Part shown: positions 19,226-26,929 of the stretch, piece by piece
Numbering within the stretch: the stretch's first letter is position 1
Layout: each line of letters starts with the position of its first letter
DNA from: a virus
Lineage: Duplodnaviria > Caudoviricetes
Length of the DNA: 64,000 nt
Virus record (IMG/VR): IMGVR_UViG_3300046663_000412
Span: 9,278 to 73,277 of that record
Reading direction: 5' to 3' (one strand)
The notes under the pieces: model-generated
What the model was told of the DNA's origin: nothing
The model's input: the letters and a program-made list of their open reading frames with translations, nothing else
Databases searched by the model: none
Made by a program: the position numbers and the translations under genes

Positions 19226-19590
19226 GGCCGGGAGAAAGGTTGTAGTCTCAGGGTTCGATGTTTGTCAGAAACTAGGTTGAACCAGACAGTCTTCACGAAG
19301 AAGTGGTTGACGGTGTTTTTGTAGGGCACCAGCACGAAGCAAAGGTCTCGACCGTCGTCCCAGGGGTAGCGCACGATGCCCTTGGCTACTGTGCCATTGC
19401 TAACCTGGATTTCGACTACGTCGTTCTCCTGGATATCGATAGAACTGGGGAGCAGGTCGGTGCCCAGTGTCTCCACGAGGTGCTCGTCGTGAGCATGCCG
19501 CGCGTAATGAAGCTCCACGATACCGGCGAACGCTTCCGCACTGCGGGCAGGAAGTCCGTAGGCCCCTCGGTTGTAAAGTCCGTCTTTCAT
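19222..19590 (-). CDS. Hypothetical protein
   Basis: 122-aa ORF with ATGA overlaps. Confidence 0.7.
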   Translation of the reverse strand: MKDGLYNRGAYGLPARSAEAFAGIVELHYARHAHDEHLVETLGTDLLPSSIDIQENDVVEIQVSNGTVAKGIVRYPWDDGRDLCFVLVPYKNTVNHFFVKTVWFNLVSDKHRTLRLQPFSRP

Positions 19591-19721
19591 TGGCTGGCAA
19601 CCTCGTCAGGAAGAGCGTTGAAAAGTTCCAGGTCGGTTTCCGAGTTGTCCCACTCGATGCCCAGGCGGTTCAGTGCCGCGCAGATTTGCGCCCTGGTCCA
19701 GTTTAGTCCGTTTTCATTCAT
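19587..19721 (-). CDS. Small hypothetical protein (44 aa), probably leaderless
   Basis: MNENGLNWTRAQICAALNRLGIEWD..; ATG 6 nt after -10; stop overlaps next ATG. Confidence 0.65.
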   Translation of the reverse strand: MNENGLNWTRAQICAALNRLGIEWDNSETDLELFNALPDEVASQ

Positions 19722-19727
19722 ACCTAC

Positions 19728-19755
19728 AGCTTAGCACCGCGCCGTTTAAACGCAA
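19728..19755 (-). promoter_or_regulatory. Host sigma70-type promoter
   Basis: TTGCGT-N16-TAAGCT-N6-ATG. Confidence 0.75.
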
Positions 19756-19851
19756 GGGGCTATGTCAAACTATCTTCGTCGTTGTCGTGGTCGTCTTTCC
19801 AGGCTATCGCCATTACGATTGTGACCACCAGCCAAAACCAAAGCGTGTGAA

Positions 19852-20043
19852 TCATTCAGCAGGTATAATGGTGACGTCGTATTTTCGATTCGACGCAATC
19901 GAGTCCGCAGTTTTTTGGTCAAAGAAATCTCCCACCCTCTTCCCCTCCACTGTGGTCGTGTTCGTGAGTTTAGTGATTTGGTAGAGCCCCCGGTTGAACT
20001 GAGGGTCCGGGTCGTAGGTCAGAGTGATTTTGATTTTTTTCAT
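19852..20043 (-). CDS. Hypothetical protein
   Basis: 63-aa ORF. Confidence 0.65.
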   Translation of the reverse strand: MKKIKITLTYDPDPQFNRGLYQITKLTNTTTVEGKRVGDFFDQKTADSIASNRKYDVTIIPAE

Positions 20044-20049
20044 ATAGAA

Positions 20050-20484
20050 TCATGTGGTGATTAATTGTCCGAGTTTCGACACGTCAAAGCTCGGGAATTC
20101 CGCTTTGACCTTGTAATACTTCCCGCCCAGGAACCACGCGCGCCAGTGGTCGCCAGCTTCCTCGCCTACTCCGGTAATCTCGAATAGCACCTGGGGAAAG
20201 GCCAGCGACAGCGCGCCCATGTTTTCAACCCAGTCATACCAGCTACACACGTCCTCAGCGTCCCAGCCGCCCATAAAATATCTGTCGGTGGTCTCACGCT
20301 GGTCCGCAATCCATTTTTCGATTGCGGTCTCCAGGCCGATGCTGCCAACGGGAGCCCCACACTCAGGGCAAAACTTTTGCCCTTTGGCGACTCGATGGGG
20401 ACAGTTAGGTCTGTCGGGCTGGTCACCAACGGCTTGGAACCGATGTTTGAAACGGGTATTGTAGCTCATGGATTTTTTGAACAC
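20050..20484 (-). CDS. Hypothetical protein with zinc ribbon
   Basis: FCPECG; LFEITGVGEEAGDHWR. Confidence 0.7.
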   Translation of the reverse strand: MFKKSMSYNTRFKHRFQAVGDQPDRPNCPHRVAKGQKFCPECGAPVGSIGLETAIEKWIADQRETTDRYFMGGWDAEDVCSWYDWVENMGALSLAFPQVLFEITGVGEEAGDHWRAWFLGGKYYKVKAEFPSFDVSKLGQLITT

Positions 20485-20666
20485 TCCTTTGACATGTCAT
20501 CCAGGTCAGTTTGAAGCTCGAAAACGTCGTGCGGTAAATCGTCGGCTCGAATAAAGATGCTGTAATCCGCACCTTCTTTGCCCCACATGAACACGCCGAC
20601 TTCTCGCGCGGTGTCGAATTGCCACTGGCCCACGCGGCTATGACGAACTACCAAAAACTTTTTCAT
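20466..20666 (-). CDS. Hypothetical protein
   Basis: Start MKKFLVV overlaps upstream stop. Confidence 0.6.
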   Translation of the reverse strand: MKKFLVVRHSRVGQWQFDTAREVGVFMWGKEGADYSIFIRADDLPHDVFELQTDLDDMSKECSKNP

Positions 20667-20911
20667 ACGAAATAGCTTTCCACAATCGAATCGCGGGCTT
20701 CCTGGCTGTTCACGCTGAACCACTTCACCAGAAACCGCTTTGCCTGGAGCGGATACAGAAACACCGTGTTCCGCAGCTTCGCGGAGTGCAGCACCACTCC
20801 GTTCTTCGCGTCGCCGGAGAACGAGCAGTGGCGATTGTGATTGTCTTCGATTGCGTCGGCGGCTTCCACCGCTTTGCGGTTCATTCGAATGATTCCAGAT
20901 AGTCCGTGCAT
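20663..20911 (-). CDS. Hypothetical protein
   Basis: 82-aa ORF after A-rich tract. Confidence 0.65.
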   Translation of the reverse strand: MHGLSGIIRMNRKAVEAADAIEDNHNRHCSFSGDAKNGVVLHSAKLRNTVFLYPLQAKRFLVKWFSVNSQEARDSIVESYFV

Positions 20912-20921
20912 AATTTTTTTT

Positions 20922-21086
20922 TTCTCTGAAGGCTACGTCCGCTTTACCCGGCTAGTTCCTGCATACCTTACCGGAGCGACCCGGCTACTTTTGCACTGCT
21001 AACCTTTGGACCCACGCGGAGCCTGCTAGCGGAGGAGCAACCTCCAGATTCGGCAGGAGCACGACGGACGCGGCCTTCAAAGAACT
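20922..21086 (-). ncRNA. Candidate ~165-nt structured RNA (ncRNA or long 5' leader)
   Basis: Own promoter, no ATG at predicted start; ends pair as a 12-bp stem plus a 6-bp stem. Confidence 0.55.
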
Positions 21087-21092
21087 ACCCAC

Positions 21093-21120
21093 ACAATACA
21101 CCTGAACAGCCAGAGCGCAA
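21093..21120 (-). promoter_or_regulatory. Host sigma70-type promoter
   Basis: TTGCGC-N16-TATTGT. Confidence 0.7.
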
Positions 21121-21124
21121 GTGG

Positions 21125-22645
21125 TTATGTCAAACTACCTTTAGCCACAAATCGCAGATTTTCTGGCTGTAAATCTCCGTCGTTCAACGTGTCGATGTTG
21201 TCGAGTTTCGGCGCGAGCATTCGGTGGGTTTCGTTTTCGATTGTCCCGTCGAGAAGAATGCACCGATACAGCGCAGGCGACAGCGCGCCGTCCCGATGAA
21301 GCCTGCCAAAGACCTGCTTAGTCGTAACAGCAGAGAGCCCAAGGGAAACAAGGCCGACACGAGGATGACTCCCATCCAAATCGTGCATGTCGCAACAAAT
21401 ACCACCAGCATCGCTGTTAGCAATGAGACCAGAAATCCGATTCGACTGTAAAGCGTCGAGCGTTTCGGTTCGGTTCGAAGTTTGTCCATCGAGGATTCCG
21501 AATTGTGGAAAGCGTTTAAACAGTTCATCTATTGTTTGTCGGAAATTAACAAAGAAAATCACCGTCAATCCTTTGTCCAGGTAATCTTGTGCTAGCTCGG
21601 TGAATATCGGCACTTTTAAAAGCTCCACTTCTTGGCGGGCTCTCAAAATTCTTGTGAGCGGATGGTCCGGGTCTTTGTCAGCGAACGCGCGGTCTCGAAG
21701 CTGACCTACGGCCCCCTCCATCTCCCTGAACAACGCATTCGCTTTTTCAACGTCGTCGGTGTTATATAACTCTGCCGTAATCTGTCGGTCTGGAAAGCCG
21801 GGGATGTCTCGCCAGCCTACTCGAATTCCACGGTCCGGAATAATTTGATTCCGGATTTCCATCATGACTTCTCTCTGTCGCTCTGAACCCACGAGCCACT
21901 TCCAGCCGTGGAACCTCGGGTCGTGAACACATCCGTGTTTGCGTGCCCAGCGTTTGAAGTTTGGCCGGATTACGCGGAGCCCAATCGGCGCAACGGCAGT
22001 TAAATCTGAGTCCAGGTTATGCAGGTCGAGTGCATACCCAAGTGCGCGCATGTTGAGCGGGTTGCACGCGACGGTGCCGGACAGTCCAGTGATGGTTAGC
22101 TTTTGGTTTTTAGCCGCTATTAGCAAGTCCGCGTTTAGCGAGTCCATTCCACCGCAGCGGTGAACCTCGTCAAAAATTACGTCCTGGATTTCCGGCGCAA
22201 AACTGAAAGTGCCGTAGCTCGGAGCTTTCTTGCGAGTCTCCAGGCAGTGGAAGCCGTGCGGGTGGCAATAGCACGGATGCGGCTTCGCAAGGTCAACCTT
22301 TTGCTGGCAGTTGGTGCAGACGTAGTAAACAGTTGATTTTCGATTCGCCTTCGACCAGCTTCCAAAAGGAGTATTTCCAGCACGCAATTTCTCGTATCCG
22401 GCAAAGGAGATGGAGTCCCCAAAATGTTTTGCAGCGCGCTTCCATACTCCTTCTGAAATCTTAGGTCCAACCACGAGCGTAGCTCTTTTTCGGAGAGCAG
22501 CAACAGCACAGGAGACATATGTTTTTCCTGCACCAGGGTCTGATAAATCGACCGCAGTTCGGCGTTTCCCAAGGACCGAAAATAGTTCTCGAACCAACGC
22601 CGGTTGATGGGGTCGCAGGGCTCCAAAAATTTCATCGGTTAGCAT
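21125..22645 (-). CDS. Superfamily II (SNF2-like) helicase
   Basis: DPGAGKT, VIFDEVH, LSGT, QVFGRLHRDG. Confidence 0.85.
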   Translation of the reverse strand: MLTDEIFGALRPHQPALVRELFSVLGKRRTAVDLSDPGAGKTYVSCAVAALRKRATLVVGPKISEGVWKRAAKHFGDSISFAGYEKLRAGNTPFGSWSKANRKSTVYYVCTNCQQKVDLAKPHPCYCHPHGFHCLETRKKAPSYGTFSFAPEIQDVIFDEVHRCGGMDSLNADLLIAAKNQKLTITGLSGTVACNPLNMRALGYALDLHNLDSDLTAVAPIGLRVIRPNFKRWARKHGCVHDPRFHGWKWLVGSERQREVMMEIRNQIIPDRGIRVGWRDIPGFPDRQITAELYNTDDVEKANALFREMEGAVGQLRDRAFADKDPDHPLTRILRARQEVELLKVPIFTELAQDYLDKGLTVIFFVNFRQTIDELFKRFPQFGILDGQTSNRTETLDALQSNRISGLIANSDAGGICCDMHDLDGSHPRVGLVSLGLSAVTTKQVFGRLHRDGALSPALYRCILLDGTIENETHRMLAPKLDNIDTLNDGDLQPENLRFVAKGSLT

Positions 22646-22961
22646 TATCGATTAGGTAATCCAAAAGCTGGGATTCGTCCTGGGTTAAATCGTTCGCCGC
22701 GATGTTGCTCCAATCGCTCACCAGGGTGTTGTCGTCCACCGCTCGGCACCGGAAAAACGTTTCGTGGGTCAGCGGAGGAATCCGGCAGTAGGTAACATCA
22801 GTGTCGCAAAGCAAAGCCCAGTGAGTTAAGTCGGTGGAATACCAGACTTCGAAATGGACGCCTGGATGTGGAAACACATAGTCCCACTCCAGGGTCCCTG
22901 GCGGCACTGCGTTGACTCGCAGTGCCACCAGCAACATCAGAGCCAGCAGTAGTTTTTTCAT
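22632..22961 (-). CDS. Secreted beta-rich (Fn3-like) protein
   Basis: Signal peptide MKKLLLALMLLVALRVNA; LEWD..FEVWYSTDL..FFRCRAVD..SDWS. Confidence 0.7.
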   Translation of the reverse strand: MKKLLLALMLLVALRVNAVPPGTLEWDYVFPHPGVHFEVWYSTDLTHWALLCDTDVTYCRIPPLTHETFFRCRAVDDNTLVSDWSNIAANDLTQDESQLLDYLIDNANR

Positions 22962-22963
22962 GC

Positions 22964-23365
22964 TTAGAAAGGCACGTCGTCCGTGGGCGCAGCACGTTCG
23001 ACTGCCTCCGATTCGATTTCTTTCTGGAGCAGCGCCAAGGCGCGCCAAGCCATCTTTGCAGAGTGCCGGATGCCATCGCTGTCGGCGGTTCCACGCTGAA
23101 GAAAATGGCGCATCATGGTGTCGGCCTCGTCGCCGGACTTACTTCGGTCCCAATGCAACGGCTTGTCCGGATTATGTTGATTGTTTCCATGCCAGGACAC
23201 ATTTGCTATCGCCGCAAGCGCATCCGGAAAATAGTCCAGCACACCTGAGGCGACCGGAAATTTCTTCCGCTCTGGTGCGGTCGTGGGCAGTATCGTGGCG
23301 CGGGCGGGCGCGCCGCCGATACCTACTTTAACGGGTGCAGTCGGTGTATTCTCCATCATAATCAA
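22964..23365 (-). CDS. dATP/dGTP diphosphohydrolase domain protein (DUF5664)
   Basis: FPDALAAIANVSWHGNNQH..W..DTMMRH..RHSAKMAWRAL. Confidence 0.85.
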   Translation of the reverse strand: MIMMENTPTAPVKVGIGGAPARATILPTTAPERKKFPVASGVLDYFPDALAAIANVSWHGNNQHNPDKPLHWDRSKSGDEADTMMRHFLQRGTADSDGIRHSAKMAWRALALLQKEIESEAVERAAPTDDVPF

Positions 23366-23795
23366 ACAGGTTTGGTTCGGTTTCAGTCTCCGGAAAGTCG
23401 GAGAGCCGGTATTTGCCTGGGCTAACGTAGTGCAGATAAAAAATCGGCACGCCCAGTTCCCGTGCGATTTTGTTTTCTTCGGTGACGCCGATGGAATGTC
23501 TCCAGCCGGGTATCACGAAATTGATTAGCCGCTCGGAACACTGAAGGTATTCGGTGTCCACCTTTTTCCAGAATTGCCAGTCACCGCGCAAGTCGGAAAT
23601 AATGTGCAGCGGATGGGAGTGAGTAATCGGCGAGAAAACGTTCCAGCCGAATTGTTCCATCAGCCACGCGGTTGCTTTGGTGACTTCCTCGAACCGCATC
23701 TGCTTCACCCGGCGCGCGGTTTCCAGAGTCGGAGAACCGCACCCAGGGGCAACCGTAGGCGTGTAGGGAGTCGTGATGTAAGTCAGGGGTTTCAT
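23328..23795 (-). CDS. DUF1937 (nucleoside deoxyribosyltransferase-like) protein
   Basis: YITTPYT..VFSPITHSH..W...D..L..GWRHSIGVTEE..ARELG. Confidence 0.85.
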   Translation of the reverse strand: MKPLTYITTPYTPTVAPGCGSPTLETARRVKQMRFEEVTKATAWLMEQFGWNVFSPITHSHPLHIISDLRGDWQFWKKVDTEYLQCSERLINFVIPGWRHSIGVTEENKIARELGVPIFYLHYVSPGKYRLSDFPETETEPNLFDYDGEYTDCTR

Positions 23796-24817
23796 TCCAG
23801 TGCGGGGTTAAATTCTGCCGTCGGCTGAATCGAAATTGCTTGCAACCATTGGTCAACAGAAAACAGCCTCGGATGGGGCACTCCAGCATCGCTCCAGATA
23901 CATCGGAGCCGGTCGCCCTGGCGTTGCTGCGAAAGTTTCAGGCTGATGTCCTTGTCGAGTGCTGCGGCCAATTGGTCTGAAGCATTTTTCCGTTTCGGTC
24001 GGCTCGTGTAAGATGCCGCAGAGCAAACAACGTGATAGTGTCGGAAGCCCGCTGCAACCAACGCTTTGAAATCGTCCACCGAGGAAACTCCGGTGACGAT
24101 GATTTGGTGTCCGCCCACCTCGGAAAATCGCTTCGCACGGTCAATTAAATCTCGCACCCAGCATCCAGGAGAGCCATAGTCCTGCGGCATTCCTGCTAGG
24201 CTGCATGCAGAAAACAGCAACCGCGCCGGGGTCAGCGGGTATTGCGTGTTAACCTGACCGTTGCCCCACTGAAAAATGGTGTCAACCAACGAGTCCGCCT
24301 GGGGACCGTCGGCGATGTGACCCAGAACTTTCTTCGCAATGTTGCGAATCGGGTCGTCAAGCTCCATCACGACTGCCCCGCTCCGCTGCGCCAGAAAGCT
24401 CTTTCCGACTCCGGTCCGGCCCGTCAGGATGATTAGCACCGGGGCAACCACCGCAGGAGGCACAGGAACAACCGGATTCGGAGGCGCTATAGGGGCTGGC
24501 GCAACGTTTTCGAGCACCGGGTCTGAAGTTACCAGGGTAGCGCCCCGGTAGTCTAAAACCCCTTCAGCAGCAGGGGACGTAGATGGAGGACCCCCAGGGA
24601 TTGGTGCCCCCGGTATCGACACCCCCGGAGCCGTTGCAGGCGGGGTTACTCCCGTGACAGTAGGGGCACCCGCTGGCGCTTTGTTCCCGCTGATTTCGGG
24701 GTTGTTCAGAAACGCACACTCCATTTCCAGCATCCGGATTTCCGCTGCTGTGCCCTGGGGTTTGAACCCCTTCGGCTTCGTGTCGTTCAGGCCGACTGCG
24801 TTTTGATTTGTATCCAT
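23792..24817 (-). CDS. P-loop kinase (dNMP-kinase-like) with Pro-rich N-terminus
   Basis: IILTGRTGVGKS; DDPIR. Confidence 0.65.
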   Translation of the reverse strand: MDTNQNAVGLNDTKPKGFKPQGTAAEIRMLEMECAFLNNPEISGNKAPAGAPTVTGVTPPATAPGVSIPGAPIPGGPPSTSPAAEGVLDYRGATLVTSDPVLENVAPAPIAPPNPVVPVPPAVVAPVLIILTGRTGVGKSFLAQRSGAVVMELDDPIRNIAKKVLGHIADGPQADSLVDTIFQWGNGQVNTQYPLTPARLLFSACSLAGMPQDYGSPGCWVRDLIDRAKRFSEVGGHQIIVTGVSSVDDFKALVAAGFRHYHVVCSAASYTSRPKRKNASDQLAAALDKDISLKLSQQRQGDRLRCIWSDAGVPHPRLFSVDQWLQAISIQPTAEFNPALE

Positions 24818-24917
24818 AGCTTTTGTCGAATATTAATTCCGTATGCGCGCCTACAATCTGAGAGTCTTCCGGCCTCGCCGGAATTTCGTTTTGCTCTTCG
24901 TAGTCTTCCCAGAGGGA

Positions 24918-24957
24918 GAATCGCCGCATGCCCAAGACTAGCAGCATGCGGCGATTC
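24918..24957. repeat. Perfect 14-bp inverted repeat
   Basis: GAATCGCCGCATGC-N12-GCATGCGGCGATTC. Confidence 0.85.
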
Positions 24958-25176
24958 CTGAAACCACTTAATGTTCTCCTCGTGTCCACTCGTCTTGAGT
25001 AGTTTCGTTATTTTGAGATTGAATCTCTATTTCTGAGGGAGACATGTTGCCATCGTTCTGCTGGTCATCGATAGTTTCTTGGTCGCGGTCATCTGTCGTC
25101 ATAATGTTTTAAGTGTATCGGGCATTTATCAGTTGTCTAGCGTTGCGGCTTGCTCTTGCCGATGCTTTTCATAGGA

Positions 25177-25725
25177 TTAATTGTTCTGCGTTGCGTGCGC
25201 CAGCCGATTCGCCATCTCGTCCAGTTTTAGCTGTCGAAGATTCGCAATCAGCAAACCCCTGCGGCCTTTTTCAGTGTCGAGTGCATCCCAGAAAAGGTCG
25301 ATTTGCGCGGCCTTCATGTTCAGGCCAGCCAACGCGCGCTCCAGCACTGCGATGCGAGCGCCGATAGCCACCGTGGTTTGCTTGTCCTTCGGCTTCGCAT
25401 CACGGGCTTGCTTTAGCGCGCGTTCCGTAAGCGTGTATGCCGCCTGGATTTCCGCACGGTGATTGAGAGCCCGGGTCTCCCACTTGGTGATTTGCGCCCA
25501 GGTCGCACCCTTCAACCGTTTCTCCAGCTTCACAATCGGCTCGGCACGTTTGCGGTCAGATTCGAAAAATCTGTGTCTTGCGTTCATGTATTCTTTTCGC
25601 TGCCGGTTGCTGTATCGAGTGCGGCAAAGCATCTCGGTGGCGACTTCTTTCGGCATGTGGTCAACTTGCTTCTCCACGATACCGCGCGGAGGAGGAGTCC
25701 ATTTTTTCTGTTCAGGTGTTTTCAT
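25177..25725 (-). CDS. Hypothetical coiled-coil protein
   Basis: 182-aa ORF. Confidence 0.7.
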   Translation of the reverse strand: MKTPEQKKWTPPPRGIVEKQVDHMPKEVATEMLCRTRYSNRQRKEYMNARHRFFESDRKRAEPIVKLEKRLKGATWAQITKWETRALNHRAEIQAAYTLTERALKQARDAKPKDKQTTVAIGARIAVLERALAGLNMKAAQIDLFWDALDTEKGRRGLLIANLRQLKLDEMANRLAHATQNN

Positions 25726-26686
25726 TAATTTTTTGTTCGACTTGGGTCATTGCGGCTTCGCGGTTGTCCGCGATAGTTTGCTGGAACACTGACAATCCCC
25801 CGGAGGAAATCAGCTTCAGATACCACTGCGGGAATCCGTCAGTGGCACCCTTCAGAATCTGTTTCCGGAAGGCTTCGAAAAGTGCTTCCTTAATCCATTC
25901 CGTTTCCTCGGTCTCCAGGTCGATAGAAAGCTCTTTCATCAGTGGCCCGATATCTTTCGGAGAGTCCTGGAGCGCGCCGGAGTCGCGAAGGTGGCCGACT
26001 GCTTTGACCCAGCGTGCTTCTGTGCGCAATGCATTGATGATTCCCTGTAGCTCGTCACCGCACTTCTTTGGGTTGCGCGGCTTCGTCGCTACGCGTTCCT
26101 TGAATGCGTCGGAAACCACTTTCGCGGTGAGCGGATGATTCTCCCGTTCGCCGTGGGATTTCGAATAATTCTTAATCACCACACCTTCGATTTTCTGTCC
26201 GCCTAGCACGCTGTCGGTGTTGAGCAGTTCTTGAATCTTCGCCGGGGCGTCGAATTCAGAAAGTTTGCCAGTGAAAAGAACGGGCACGCGTTCGAGTCCC
26301 AGAATGTCGGCCCACTCCTGCGTGTGCTCCTGGTCGCAGTAGGAATCCCCCCGGCACACATCGAACAACACGAGATAACCGTTCGGCACTCGCGCGTAAG
26401 CGAGCACGTTGTGCTTGGGCTTCGCGAGATACTCACATTGAAACACCATTCCAGGAGCCAGCAGTCCAGCGGTCTCCAGCCGACAGGCAGTGTCAACCGC
26501 TTGTTTAAACATCCCAGGTTCAATCTGGTTAATCTCGGTGGATTTACTCCGGCACACAAGCATGCCGTTCTCCACTCCAAAAGAAAACTGACTGCCATCA
26601 ATTTTCTCCTGGATTATTACATCGTTGTCGAAAATTCCCTGGGTGAGTCTGTCACCCAGCCGGTAGATTTTTGGTATCGTGTTCAT
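25712..26686 (-). CDS. ATP-dependent RNA ligase (Rnl2-like)
   Basis: QEKIDGSQ (motif I), CEY (III), LFDV (IIIa), EGVVIK (IV), AKVVS (V). Confidence 0.8.
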   Translation of the reverse strand: MNTIPKIYRLGDRLTQGIFDNDVIIQEKIDGSQFSFGVENGMLVCRSKSTEINQIEPGMFKQAVDTACRLETAGLLAPGMVFQCEYLAKPKHNVLAYARVPNGYLVLFDVCRGDSYCDQEHTQEWADILGLERVPVLFTGKLSEFDAPAKIQELLNTDSVLGGQKIEGVVIKNYSKSHGERENHPLTAKVVSDAFKERVATKPRNPKKCGDELQGIINALRTEARWVKAVGHLRDSGALQDSPKDIGPLMKELSIDLETEETEWIKEALFEAFRKQILKGATDGFPQWYLKLISSGGLSVFQQTIADNREAAMTQVEQKINENT

Positions 26687-26928
26687 TGTTTGTTCAAATC
26701 ATCGATGCTCAGAGTTAACTTTTTGTAAATCTCACACTCCTGGGTTTTTAAAGTCACCTCCGGCAATGTGAAAATAATTTGCTCCGGTCTGTTGACCACG
26801 ATGACTCCTTCCGGAGGCGGAGCGTCGGTCCACGACTCCCACCGGCTGTAGTCCTCCAGCTTGTCCACCGGAACGAGGGCGAAAGGCCCGTTGTAATCCA
26901 TTTCCACAAGGAAGTATTTTTTGTCCAT
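26683..26928 (-). CDS. Hypothetical protein
   Basis: Start MDKKYFL follows helicase stop. Confidence 0.6.
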   Translation of the reverse strand: MDKKYFLVEMDYNGPFALVPVDKLEDYSRWESWTDAPPPEGVIVVNRPEQIIFTLPEVTLKTQECEIYKKLTLSIDDLNKQ

Positions 26929-26929
26929 A

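Noticed and set aside
20950-20985. SRP RNA helix 8 (TCCGGTAAGGTATGCAG on - strand)
   Set aside because: Lacks the 5' CAGG of the symmetric loop, and the loop is 5 nt rather than GNRA.
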